Shown here: one piece after another, positions 11,749 through 24,489 of the stretch
Layout: every line of letters starts with the position of its first letter
Numbering within the stretch: the first letter of the stretch is position 1
Program-made: the position numbers and the translations under genes
Origin: Entomortierella parvispora E1425
Lineage: Eukaryota > Fungi > Mortierellomycota
Assembly: GCA_020891255.1 (NCBI GenBank)
Contig: BQFW01000012.1
Span: forward strand, 1,302,001-1,366,000
Reading direction: 5' to 3'
DNA: 64,000 nucleotides
Notes under the pieces: generated by a model
The model's database searches: none
Told to the model about the DNA's origin: nothing
The model's input: only the letters and a program-made list of their open reading frames with translations

Positions 11749-12610
11749 GTTGAAGAGAGGTTGAAAGGGAGTAGAGTTCTGTGTTGCCGGAGAGAGGGGA
11801 ATGTTGAGGAAAGGAGGAGTGGTTGGATGGTATGGCCTTAAGAAAAATACATTTAAATATGAAAAAAGGCCAGCTTTTGTGTCCATGACAAATCGAGCTG
11901 CAACAGGGGACTTAAGAGAACAAAAGACGTGCGTGATTAGAAATCGAGATCTTCGTTACGGGGATGATCTCTTTTGACGCGTCTGGTAGTAATTGACCAA
12001 TGCGAGGTGGGCTGAGGCGTGATTTTTATTTTTTTTAAAAACTGCAAAGTTGATCATGCTCTGAAAAAAACAGCAAAGTTGTTGGCGTTTCCAGAGATCT
12101 CTGGCCAATCGTTCATGTTCAGTATTCGACGAGAGAAAAGTGGATTCTGAGAGTCTTTTTATTCACAGTCTGTCAAGTCTAAACCGTGAGCAACTCAGCA
12201 AAGAAGGCGTAAGCATGAGAAGGGGGAGAGGGAGAGAGGGAGAGAGGGAGAGAGGGCGGGAAAAAAACAGGCTAATGTGTGAATGAAAAGAGTTGTTATG
12301 TCTGCATGATGAAGAGAGCTCGCCTCCAATATGTACATGAGGTGTGGGCGAGTATGAGTGAATGCGTAGTTCGAAAGAAGAGAGCGACTCAATTGGGGGT
12401 TGACATGGGTTCCCAACTGAACATGAAATGAAGAGATATCCCGTGGAGGGGGGAGGGGAAAAAGAAGGGGAAAAAATGGTCATCATATAATACAGGATGG
12501 CGCACAAAGTGAAAGAGAGAGACGCTCGGGCGTTTGCTCCCAAGTTTTTCCCTTCTCGGCTTTGCCTTTCCATCTAGGTCGTTAAGGACATTTGACTGTG
12601 CTTTGTGTTT

Positions 12611-15600
12611 TTAAAAAAAGGTAAACTTGCTGAGGCTTCTTGAATGGTGGAGTTTGCCTGGCTCAGTGCCCACAGATTTAGTGTAGAGCTCCTCATCATC
12701 GAGGACATGCGTGTCTGTGATGACCCGCGAGATGAACGGATCCGGTTGAATCTCGTAGGGTTTGGATTGGAACTGCATCACGGTAGAGATCACCTCGGTC
12801 AAGAGGCAAAACTTTTGCCAGTGGATCGTTCCATCCTGCCGAAAGTCGCGGTTTCCCTCGCTGATCGACAAAAGATCGCCAAGGTGGACACCCCTAAAGA
12901 CATCAGAATCAAAACAAGGGCCAATAGTCGGGTTAGGAGATGAGGACTGGACATTGGCAAGCCAATGAATAGTCAGAGGAGCAGCGTGTACTTACAGATA
13001 AGGAATGCATGGCAGTGGCTGTGCCTTCAAGGCGGCGCGGTATTCGAAAAAGCTTCTTTCGGAACTCATAAGATGTTCCAATTCTTTGAATGTGGCCCAG
13101 ATCTCCTTTCCTTGGAGAAGTTCGCGAGTCTGGACCAAGCGATGGATCGACGAGGTGTTCATGGCCCCGATGATGGCCATCGTTGTGTTGAAGTTGCCCA
13201 TATCTCGAAGCAACTAAAGATAACGAAGGAAAAAAGTCAGATATCGTCGGTGTGTAGACGATCATGTGCTGGAGACCGTTCAGACTTCTTACCTTGGCAA
13301 TGTTGATGAATTTCTCCATCATCTTGGCGCGGTTCTTTACCTTGGCAGGCGACAAGATCATGGTGCCGACCCACGAAGAGATGAAATTGAAATGGGAAAT
13401 ACATGCCTGAAAGGCGGCAGAGCCCTTCTTGGTCTTCCAAACTTGGCGCAACATGTCTCTTGGCTAGAAATGAGGACAAAGAGAAAACGACCTGATCAGT
13501 TTTGCTGGTCAACGGTAATGAATGTGGCCAGCAACATCTGTTACCCAGCGCCACTCTCCTACCTTTAGCTTCTTGAACAGCAAAAACTCAACACTGGTCA
13601 ATTGGGCAGCGATAGCACCGTCCTTGATGTCCATGAAGGGCGTGTTCATGGACAGATAATCAATGGGTGGTGGTGGGTGGTGGATAGAGTTGGCACCAGA
13701 TCCCTGGAGAGGATGAACAGGGGTCTCATCCGTAGTTTCCCGAAAGATAAGAGTAGCATTCGAGCCTGTGTTGGAAACCCCTTGCGAGGCGGCAGAAGAG
13801 CCGTTAGGCATGGGTCCAGGCAAGGGAGCGCCTTGTTGCCCAAAGGATCGCTTCCGGTAGGCTTGGCTGCTGCTGCGTTTGCTAATGAACGGAATCGGGG
13901 TCATGGGCTGCAGCTGATGAGGAGTGGCATCACCCTCCGTGAACGCGGAGGGAGCAGGAGTCGCAGTGACGGCCGCCGGGCCTGAGGAGACGGACGAGGC
14001 TGAGCCACGTCGATTGGAAACAAAGGCTTCCATGGCACAAGGGGAGGCATGTACCAAGGAACCGGTGCTTGATCGTCGGTCACGAGGCAACGGTTGGAGG
14101 GATGTTCGAGTCTGTGGCCGCAAAGGCGAGGTGGAGGACGATGTCGACAAGGCACCGCTGTTGAGTTGTGGGCTCCGAGCGAGGCTGTCAAAACTCATCT
14201 GCGTGGCCTTGACTTCAGGCATGGCGTCATCTTCGTCAAATGAACCCCACTCTCGGTCCTCATCCATATCAGCCTCAGTGGCGAAAGCAAGCGTATCATG
14301 GAAGCCAGAGTCGGTGTCCTCGTCCCAGATGGCCCCCACGCCTGGTGGGCAAGAGATGGAAGAGTTTCTTGAATCAGAGTTGGAGTCACCAAGGGGCCAA
14401 CGCCAGTTGTTGAAGTGATGGATGGAAGACAGAGGCACAAGCTGCACGTAGATCTCGTGCAAGCAAGGAAAGAGAGCCACACGATCTCTGAGGAATCTTG
14501 CCAAGTGCTGCCTTGTCTGACGGTGGATCAGATCATTGGGATGGTGCTTGAGCCAAGCCATCAGAATGGCGCAGATGCTAGCCACCATGTCATTAAAAGA
14601 AACACGACAACGTTAGCGCGTGTGCTACATGATTCTGATGGACGCGTCGTATTGTTTGTAAAAGGAAGATGACAAACAGACTTACCGGAAGCGGGTGTTC
14701 TTGGCCTCCTCGTCGTCATCGTCTACAAACTCTCCCAACTCCTCAAAGCGCTCAATGAGCATGTCCAAAAGTTCACGGGGTCGAAGGAATTTTCGGTAAA
14801 TCATCAAGAAGACCTTGGTTTTTGCGATTTGCTCTATAAATAAACAATCGACGCCCAGTCAGACCGCCATGCGGAGAGCAGGAAAAGAGATAGAGAAGGT
14901 GGTGGAGGGAAATGAAAAAAAAAGAAAACAGAGAAATGAAAACAAAAGGGGCAGGAGCCGCAGGAGAGGGGGTGAGCAGCCGGGATTCAGGAGGAGGGAG
15001 GTAGGAGCCAAGATGGAGACAAATGAAAATAGAGAGGCATAAAATGAACGAACGGACAGGACCAGTTAGATCAGGACGATACAGGACATGACAGGGACGA
15101 CAAGAGAGATGTAGATGGATGTGATGCAAAAGGGCAGCAAGGGGATTTGGAAGGGGGGGCAACGAAAACGAGTTTGCTTGCTGCGAGGGTTTTCTGCAAC
15201 TGCCACATGCGAGGGTGTGTGCGTGGGACATGGGGTCATGGGAAGCGATGAGATAAAGAGAGGGTGAGGCACATACCAATTGAATTAACATAGTCTGGGA
15301 TCGTGAGTTGGTTGACCAGATTGTCGAGGGTCACCCCTGGGGCCGATTCACTATGAGGTAAGAAAAAAACATTGCCCTGCATTAGCACCCACTCCATTGG
15401 CAAGGAACATTGCTGATATTGTGGCTGTGGGGGCTGTGGGTATCCACATCCATCCCTTCTCCATTATCACCGCACCCCTTACCAAGAATCTTTGGAGCTT
15501 CTTCGAGATCCTCCCAGGAATCCGGAATCAGACACAGACGAGGAACTCAGCGGCGAGGTGGGCTGCATTGGTGTTCGACCAAGAGCGGCTTGCTGCTGCC

Positions 15601-17029
15601 AACCATTGAATGTTGGTCCTGCAGAGACCATTCCCCCAGTGCCATTTCTTTCTTTGTGAGGAGCAGCGATAGATAGGGGGCCCAGAGGAGGCATATCGAC
15701 AGAAAAGGGTTGGTAATCCTCTGTGGAGAAGTTTGCTGTCAGTGGAAGGGGCGCAAACTGAGGAAGCGGTGGAAGCGTCGTTGCTGAAGATGTAGGAGAG
15801 GGAAGGGTCATAGCAGCGTTGGCAGTGACAGTGGATGCACTCGACACGGAATGCGATCGTTGACTGACATGTCCATTCGCAAGTGATGAATTTGAACGAT
15901 GGTCGACAGGTGAAGCTGACAAGGACTCGGTATCAGATACACGCCAAGAACTTGAGCCGCTGTTCAATGTCAGTGCAGACATCGAGAACGAAGGTGTGCA
16001 CGAGGCTGATCGCGACTGTCGCGTCATTCCCATGGCCGAGACTGTGTTATTGTTGAAAGTGCTTGCTGAAGGGGTGGAAGTGTTGGACGTTGAGAATGCT
16101 GGAGATATGGTATGTACAGTGGCGGTGGGACTAATGGAAGAGTGAGGTTGGGAGAATGGAGCTGAGAGGTAGTCCGTGGAGGAGGAATTGGAGTGGCCAA
16201 AGAGTGAGCTGTAGAAAGTGGTTGGGGAGAAGAAGGCGGAGGATGAGGATGAAGTAGAGGACGATAGCGAGGGTGAGGACGAGGTCGATGAGGATGCAGA
16301 GCAGGACGAGGCGCAAGACGCACGCGGATCCTCTGTGGTGACGGTCGAAACGGTGTGGTGGCGCAAATGGTCCTTGGCGCAAGAGCCGGGGCTGGGCAAG
16401 GACAAAGAGCGACCACCGCCACTGAGGCTCATACTGGTGTCTGTTCCGGTTCCGGTCCTCGGATTCGATTGTGAGGGCGAGGGAGATCTGACAGCAGCCA
16501 TTGACGTCGTAGAAGCTGATGTCGTTGTTATCGTGGCTGTTGTTTCGAGTAGATAAGGCAGGGGTTGCAGCGTGCTGGAAGAAAATGATCCAGTCGAGGA
16601 CAAGGAGCGAAGCGGTGGGGGAGGAGGGGGAGAAAAACGTTTTGAGAGGGCCGAGATGGCGTTCTTGGCACGACTGGAAGTGCTGTTTTTCCGCTCCCTC
16701 TTTGTCTCTGGAGTGCGAAAGATGTTGTGGACAGTGAGAAGATCCTTCTCCCTGTCCTTGTCTTTGTCCAGAAAAGAACATGAAGTCGAGTCGATGCTGC
16801 TGAGGCTGAGAAGACTATTGCTACTGCGAATGCTGCTATTGCTATTGCTGAGGGACTCGAGAGGGAGGGAGGGACGGCGTGGATGACGTTGCTGCTGTTG
16901 CTGTTCCTGTTCCTGGTCAAGAATGTCGTGGCTCAAAAGATCGCTTGTGGATCTGTGCTTTGACTTTGAGGATGAGGAAGATGGAGTATGGCCCTGTGAC
17001 CCTTGTAAAGAATGTTTGAAGGAGAGCAT
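12611..17029 (-). CDS. RasGEF-domain protein (long Ser-rich N-terminus, REM domain, CDC25-homology domain), about 7 exons
   Basis: REM: VTLDNLVNQLT...KVFLMIYRKFLRPRELLDMLIERF...ICAILMAWLKHHPND. CDC25-HD: IAAQLTSVEFLLFKKLKPRDML, ISHFNFISSWVGTMIL, MMEKFINIAK, GNFNTTMAIIGAMNTSSIHRL, PCIPYLGVHLGDLLSISEGN. The start and the very C-terminus (SRSLSKFTFF*) are less certain. Confidence 0.85.
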
Positions 17030-17289
17030 TTGGGTGTATGAAGTAGAGTGGGCTGACAGATGGACGTTGTGAAATGGAGTGGCCGATATGGAGAGAAGAG
17101 GAAGCGCGTGTGGGGATTGTGGTCTTCTGTGCAACCAGTGAAAAGGCTGTGGAGTAGAGCAGAGCGAAAGAAGATTGTGTGCAGACAAGAGACGGATCTG
17201 AGAGGACAAATGATGGACAATAAATACAAGTCGAAGAGAAGATGAGAAGACAAATACAAGGTGAACGTGAATGACAAATAGAAAGAGTA

Positions 17290-17760
17290 CAGAGAGAAGA
17301 AACAGTGGAGAGAGAGAGAAGAGATAGAACGCGTAGGAGAGGAGGCCCAATCGATCACACAGCCTTGGATCGCGTGCAAGCAAGCAGGGAAGGATGCTAC
17401 TGTACGCACAAGGAATGGGATCCAAAGAGAGGAGAGAGGAGAGAGAAGAAGAGAGAGAGAGACAGAGAGAGAGAGAAGGAGAGAAAAGAGAGAGATAGTA
17501 GAGAGAGTAGAGAGAGAAAGAGAAAGAGGATACAGATTAGAGAGTGTCGTACGAACAAAGGAATTGAAACACGACCCCGAACAAGGGAACAGGAAGCAAG
17601 AAAGGAAGAAGAAAAGAAAAAGAAAAGGAAGAAACAACAACGATTGAAAGGCAGGCAGGCGGGCAGTCAGGCCAAGGAAGTAAGAGAGGAAAGTAAAGGG
17701 TCAAATGCAAAGGAGGGGAAAGGGGGCAGCGAGAGGAGGGACGGAGAGGGGGGAGGATCG
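17290..17760 (-). repeat. Long polypurine/polypyrimidine tract (GA-rich on plus) upstream of the RasGEF
   Basis: About 470 bp dominated by GAGA/GAAA runs, almost free of pyrimidines over long stretches. Confidence 0.8.
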
Positions 17761-18400
17761 TGTTGTCTCCAAGAGGAAAGGAAGGAGGAAGGAGTCGGTC
17801 GAGTCGAGTCGGGTTACGGATAATATTTCAAACAGCCGACTGGGTGCCTCTCGTCAAAGGTCGAATGAAGCGATGGGTGCGATGCAATGCAATGCAGGGA
17901 ATGGACAAAGGACGAATGAGCAAGCAGATGTATGAATGACAGGAGAGATGAGAAGAAAGAGATCTCTTGTTCTTCTGCCGCAGGAAAAGGGGGGAGCAAA
18001 GGCTAGAGTGGTGAGCGAAGGGGCGTCGCCACAGTCTCGACGCGTAGAAGACACACGCGCATGGCCAATGGCAGGCGTGGGTGCAATGCGGGGACTCTTG
18101 GGGATTCTTGGAGTTGGCGACTGTGGCAGTGGGAAGGATGCTCTGCCCCTCTCTCCCTCTTCCCTTCCTTCCTGCCGATACCGTCGGTCCCATCCGCATC
18201 CAACCTTCTCGCCAGTCACCAGGACTCATCCCATCCCAGTCGGGACGAGACGCGACATGGTGAGCTGAAGGCAAGGACTGTCTGGCAAGCCCGACGATGC
18301 ATGACACAACCCGAAGCATGGAAGGGAAGGCAAGGAGCGAGCGGATCGGGGGGGGGAGGTCTCTGGAGAGAGATTGACGACATGAATGACATGAATACAA

Positions 18401-18425
18401 ACACACACACACACACACACACACA
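18401..18425. repeat. (AC)n microsatellite
   Basis: Perfect AC repeat of about 12 units. Confidence 0.9.
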
Positions 18426-21017
18426 GCACTCTGCACACAGCACGCGGCCAGACCATGGCCAGCCCTTTCGTCGTCGTCGTCCTGGTAGTAGTGGCAGCGA
18501 AGAGCAGTAGTTGCTGTCGTCACCCCCGCCCTCCAATCCATCCTTGGTCTTGGACGCGTATGGATGACCGACCTGTTCTGCCATTGGCAACATCCTTACT
18601 CATCCTCAAGTCTATTTTTTCCTCCCCTTTTCACTGGCCCTTTCTCCCTTCCGTTTGCCGCCAGCTGGGACCTCCCCCCGTTAAATCCCAACCGGCGTCA
18701 ACTGACTTGCCGCGAGAGACAGGATAGGATGGATCAGCATTTTTGGTCCAGTGTCTTTTCGGTGCTCATGCGAGGAGCCGACGCGCTGTGTGGCTGTCCC
18801 ACGCTCCGTCTGGAGATGAGACCTCTGGTCCTTTTTAAATGGCCACGAGCACAGTCCTCACAGCCCGTGGCACAGATCGGTGCAACAGCATGCCTCATAT
18901 CACCCAAAACAACACACAAGGGAAGCATGAAAGAAGGGGGTGGTGAGTGCGTCGCCCAAGTAGGAAACAGGGAGCTGGGGGGTTCAGGGTGAACAAAAAA
19001 AAAGAGAAAAAAATAAACCAGAGACAAATTTCAAAAAGGATCCCCATGTCATCCGCATGGGCAACCACCACCGTGTTCTCCTGGCACAACCACCACCACC
19101 AGCAGCGTTGCACCATTCCACAATGGCAAACCCCAAACATTCGCATCGAGATGAGGAGACGGCGTAGCCCATCCGATAGAGATAATGCAATTTCCCCCCC
19201 CAATCGCCAGTGCACATTGCATCTCAAACTCCAGATTTTTGTTCTGCTTCTATCCATGTATCCTGTCTTGGAATCAAACTTCAAGCAAGGGATGTAAGAA
19301 TGAATGGAGGGAGAGTTGGAAAGTGGATCGGGTCACTGGGCTCGTCCGCAGTCGTTGCAAGTGCAGCTTATTGCCCTAACTGAAAAGAACAGTTGGTTGC
19401 TACAGACGGATGGCACCTTCGTTGCTATCGGGTCTCCCGGCACCTACCAAACGTTGGGCACAGCCGATTTAAAAAAAAACGTCCTGACCGGTTCCTTTTC
19501 TCTCGTCCCCTTCTTCCGTTTTTCTACTCCTTGTGTCCTCTCCTCCCCTTCGGCTCCTCTGTCTCCTCGACTGTCTTCGGTACATTGGAATATTGGGTTG
19601 ATCTTCTTTGGTAGGGCGAAAACGGGGCTCGTGCGAGAGAAGTATATGTAAGTCGTTCGTGTTTCTGATCCACTGCGAGAACTATTCTGATACACTGCCA
19701 ACTCTACCCTTCTGCCAATCTTTGGCTTGCCACATTGCATCCTCCTTTTCCTTTTGAGGGCAATAGAAGAAAGAAAAAAAGAAGAAAAGAAAAACAACAA
19801 ACGAGGTCACAGCTTCCCTCGGAAAGAAAAACAAAGCAGGGATGAAAAAAAAAGTGAGGAATGGATCTCAGTATCTCTTCCTGCTTTTTTTCTTTTTTCT
19901 ATCGTTTTCTGACACAACGACTCCACTAAGGAGTGACGGATCGGCATCTCTGCATGCACACACAAAAAAAAAAACACATCTTTTCTGTCCTTTTTTCACT
20001 AGTCCCTTTCCCTTTTCAGAATTCTTCTAGCGACAAAAAAGAAGGAATCAAGTGATGCAGGAAGATCTTGGATTAGACATTGATAAGGAAGGGGGGAGAA
20101 TAAAGGACCGCGCTTTTTGTAGGAAGTAGACATTTTTTGAAGGACATTGTAGAGGTGGTTTCCAAAACCACACACACAGATACACAGGCAATGGTCGATC
20201 CAGCCCACTGCGCCCACACACTAAGAGGGAGAGAGCGGCAGAGGAAGTGATGGAGAAGAGAACAAGAGTGGTCGAATGGTGTAAAGGTCAATGCAGCCAG
20301 CCGATCTGGGTCTGGTGTCAAAAGGTTCAAAGCTGGGTCTCTTTCCCCATTGAAGGAGCTTGACCAGACACAACTCTTGCAGTCTCTTTGTGTTTACTAT
20401 CGCACACACCAACTCCAGAGTGGCCGGGGACTTGTCGCTGTTGCACATTGCTTTTGTCGTTTTTGTTTTGCAGTTCAGATACTCCTCTTGCTTGGCTTGG
20501 TAGGTGAGGTGTTCCTCTGTAATAACAACATAACAAAAACAATCATGCAAAATTGCAATCACGACGACAACAACAACAGCAGCAGCAGCATTGTAAACAA
20601 CGACAACAACAACGTTCACAACAGCCAGGCACTGCGAGCACGGTCAACGCATGAAATAACGCGGGACCGTTAGTGCGACAATGAAAAAATCAGGGGTGTG
20701 GTTCCTTTTCTCAGCGTGTCCTTTTCCCCCCTCCACACAAGCGGTAACTGTCAGCGACAGGGCCGCCACCGCAACCGTAACAACATGTATGACAAAGGGA
20801 ACGTCCAAGAATTCTTGACTGGGCAAACGAAACGTGGCACTTGTGTGACCACACCATATCCCACTCAACCACCACCCAAGTATACCGACCTGCAGTTTGG
20901 TAACGTGCAAAAAAGTCAAAGAGAATGGTGTAAGTTGTCTACGTTTATGGTTATGGTTATATTGGGTAAGATGGCAATGGGTGAAGACAAAATAATAAAG
21001 CTATGGTCTTCTATCTC

Positions 21018-22268
21018 TTAGGCGAAAATAGCTCCAATGACAGCCAGAGCAGCGACAGCAGAGAACAATCCCTTGCTGACGGCAGTCGACTCGGCGCCGC
21101 TGGACTTTCCAGCAATGGTGGGCTGGCTGACGTTGCCAGAAGTAGAGCCGGTGGCCTTGGCTCCGGCAGGTGCGGAAGGCGAAGGCGTGAGACCGCTCAC
21201 GGCGGGCATGGGGGCGGTGCCGCCAGCCTGGTAAGGAGTGGCATCGCTTTGGCAGACAGCGACGTTGGCAATGTTGATCTTGCGGGCGAGACCCAAGGGA
21301 ATGAGCTTCTGGGCGGCACTGACAGTGTTGTTGTTCAGATCGTGCTCCAAGCAGTAGAAACCCTGGGTCTTGTTTCCGGCAACATAGGTGTCCAAGGACT
21401 TTGTGAAGGTGGCAATCACGGCAGCCTCGGTAATGGAGGGCATCTTCCAGTCGTTGGTATCGAACTGATCACCGGTCCAGTCGACGGGGATGTAACCCAT
21501 CTTCTTGAGAACAAAGCGGACACGGTTGTTGATATCACCATATGGAGGACGCATGTACTTAAGCTTCAAGCCAGTAGCAGCCAAGACAGCCTTCTCAGTC
21601 CACTTCATCTCGGCCACAATCTGCTCGTTGGTCAAGGTGGTCAAGGCATGGTGAGACCAAGTGTGGGAAGCCAAGTGATGGCCCTCGGCCAACTCGCGCT
21701 TGACGGTATCGGGGTACTGGATAACGTTGGAACCAATCAAGAAGAAAGTCGCCGACAACTTCTCGGTCTTGAGGAAGTTCAAGAGGGTGGGGGTGGCAGT
21801 CGAGGGACCATCATCAAAGGTCAGGCCCCAGGTGTTGGCAGCGGCGCAGGCCGTGATATCGTCGGCAGCACATCCATCGCAAGTCCAGTAGCACCTTTGA
21901 AAGACAAAAAAGAGCGAGAGAAAAACGGATCGTACAATAATAGCAAAGGACAACGGGGTCGTTTCGGTTAGAAAAAGATTATTGAGGTTGCGAGAAGGGG
22001 AAGAGAAATGCTGTTTGCCAGTGCAGACTTACTCGTCCTTGATGGGGGGGTTAGGGCAAGAAGGAGGGTTGCCAGTGTGGAGAGGGATGTTGGGTGCACC
22101 ACTGAGGTCACCAATCTCCTTGAGCCATTCCAGGACTTGGGGAGTGTTGGTGGGTGGGATCTCATTGGGAGTGGGGTAGTCGCTAACGACAATTGGTGTG
22201 TTCTGGGCAGTGACCGCAGACAGGGAGAGGACGACCAGCGTCAGAGAAGAGATAAGCATCTTGACCAT
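21018..22268 (-). CDS. Chitin deacetylase (CE4/NodB), secreted and probably GPI-anchored, 2 exons
   Basis: Signal peptide, intron 21895-22032, CYWTCDGC, and all five CE4 motifs (TFDDGP, HTWSH, MRPPYG, DTNDW, LEHD). Ser/Thr/Pro linker and hydrophobic C-terminus (SKGLFSAVAALAVIGAIFA). Confidence 0.95.
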
Positions 22269-22931
22269 TGTGGCTAGGGAAGAATGAATGGGGAAAGAAG
22301 AAACGAGGACAGGAGGGAGGTTTATATAGGGAAGCAGGGTCGTTAAGTGAGTGGAAGGGCCAACGAGGCAATGTCGTTGTAAGGGTGAAGTGTGGAAGTA
22401 GGGAGGCGTAAAGAAAGGGAGAAGAGAAAGAGAGAAAGAGAAGAGATTGGAGGACAGAAAAGGCGAACTGATATCAACAACCCTCGGCTCTTCTGTGGCG
22501 GCTGGACAGAGTGTTCATGAATGGCGATGGTAAAAATAGGGCCTTGAGAGAGATAGAAGAGTCGATGGAAGGCTTCCTTCCTCGCTCCCTCGGTTGATCG
22601 CTCGTTATGGTGCTCGAAGCCCTGCTGCCGTGCCCGGTCCTGCCCTTTTGCCCGACCTTCACTGCTCCTCATTCTCTGCGCCAGCCAAGGCGGAGGGAGG
22701 CGCATGCATCTTATTAATACCGATGATGATGGTCCAAGACAACAATGAAGACCCATGAAGAAGAAGAGATACCCGGGCTGTTCTGTTGCGCGAGTTGAAC
22801 CCGGGGGATACACAAAAATAAAATTGAAATTGATTACCAAGGTACGACCGCTCTCGATCATTCATCTTTGACCAGAGCAACAAAGGGCCAATCACCCCTG
22901 TCGGTATTCTCCTTCATCCTCTCCTCCCTCC

Positions 22932-23008
22932 CTGCTGTGTCTGTTGTGTCTGTTGTGTCTGTTATATCTGTTGAATCTGTTGAATCTGTTGAATCTGTTG
23001 TACCTGTG
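22932..23008. repeat. 9-bp tandem repeat (TCTGTTGTG grading into TCTGTTGAA), about 8 units
   Basis: ctgttgtgt ctgttgtgt ctgttatat ctgttgaat ctgttgaat ctgttgaat ctgttgtac, read directly from the sequence. Confidence 0.85.
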
Positions 23009-24489
23009 GGCCTTTTATCGAGGAGGCACAGCCATTTTGTCCAGTTCAGAGAAGGGCTGGGGTTGCACCGCTTGCCCTCCCCTGCGCTTTACAACAAAGA
23101 GCTGCAGCCAGCGCTCAAAGTCCTATCCCGTTACTGCTTAATCGCCTAAGTAAAGTTTCACAGAAAGGGAATCGAGGGTTCCCTTGAGAGTGGATAGCCA
23201 TTGCCATGTTTAACAAGTCATTTAGACATGGCGTTGCCAACCCACAACTCTCGCTCCAGCCGTGAACAAAGACTTTTCTTTTTCTTCTTTTTTTTTCTTC
23301 CTCTTACCAGGGCTCTCGCTCTTTTGTTCAATCCGAGCAAATTCGTTCGTCCAACCGCCCACTGAGGCTCTCAACAAACAAGACGAGGAAATCCTGTTGG
23401 ACTGTCCAAACAGTGGATGACCTTTGGAGCTGGACAAAAATGAACGAAATCCCTCGGAGTGTCTCCACTCCGCTCTAAATTTGGTCAATTACAATCCAGA
23501 TGGACCCGCCATATTGCATTTCAGCAGCAGCAGCCCGATGGGCCAGACTCACTACCGCTCTAAGTTGAAAGGAGCAACGGCGAGAAAGGCAACAAGAGAG
23601 AATAATGTAGGTGCAACGGCATCGGTGGCCAACAGACAATAATGGAGAGTATGAGAGTGAGCGCCCTAGTGAGGATGGGGTCTCGGATACGGCCCTTCTT
23701 TGCAGCTATTGGAATTATCAACTACTGCACTGTCAAAGTTCAATTGGCTCTCTCCACTGCACCATGAACCACAACTGGAAACGCGGATTATTTTCCGTTT
23801 CAACCTGTTATCGATCATCCTCAAGATGCGCAGGTGATAGCAGGCACATTGTCTCCGCGGTGGTCACTTTGAAGCAACAGAACAAGGGCAAGGAGCCGTT
23901 TTGCAGGATGATGGATGGTTTCAATTGTTAGCTCCAAATTGCGAACCCAGGAGAAGGGGAACACCCCTCATTCCCGAGGATTGCGCATGCCCATCATCCC
24001 ATGGCAGCTCAAGGTGAGAGCGGAAGAAGGTAATCTGGAGAGCTTGGGAGTTTACCCAGATCGCAAGAATAAAAAAGCGCACAGCATGCAAGTCTTCGAG
24101 AGATTGATTTCCAGGGCAATGGCGCGGATAAACCGCCCAATCCTTTTTTTTTTTTTTTTTTTTTTTTTTCATCTGGGCCTGAACGCAGCACATGCTCATG
24201 AGCAATGAGTGCTGGGGGTTTCTCTTTGTCTCACGCTCGGCAGGTTGTTTGGACCCAAGGTCTTTCTAAAAGACGATAGACTTTTGCAAAAGGATCGTCG
24301 ACGCGTCGCACATCCCTAGAGATTTGCAGTAACAGCCAGAGGACGAACACGGGACAAATTTGAAGGACCACTGGCTGTGTCCCGTGTGGCCTTCGTTATC
24401 TGCATCATCTGTCTCTCTACCATCCGCTCATCTTTCTCATCCTATTCTCTCCATCCTGCGCCATCATCTGCCCTTCCCTCTGATCTGCA

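Noticed and set aside
12091-12104. 14-bp perfect palindrome CCAGAGATCTCTGG upstream of the oxidoreductase
   Set aside because: About four such palindromes are expected by chance in 64 kb.
16933-17823. Long ORFs (235 aa minus, 172 aa plus) over the GA/CT tract
   Set aside because: They translate to Leu/Ser/Phe or Arg/Glu/Lys runs; the frames are open only because the tract lacks stop codons.
19304-19760. 115-aa ORF ending at a GTAAGT donor-like site
   Set aside because: No recognisable protein signal and only a weak GAG acceptor downstream.
21003-21971. 322-aa ORF antisense to the chitin deacetylase (similar shadows over RPS20, the oxidoreductase and the HK)
   Set aside because: Typical antisense shadow frames produced by biased codon usage of the real gene.
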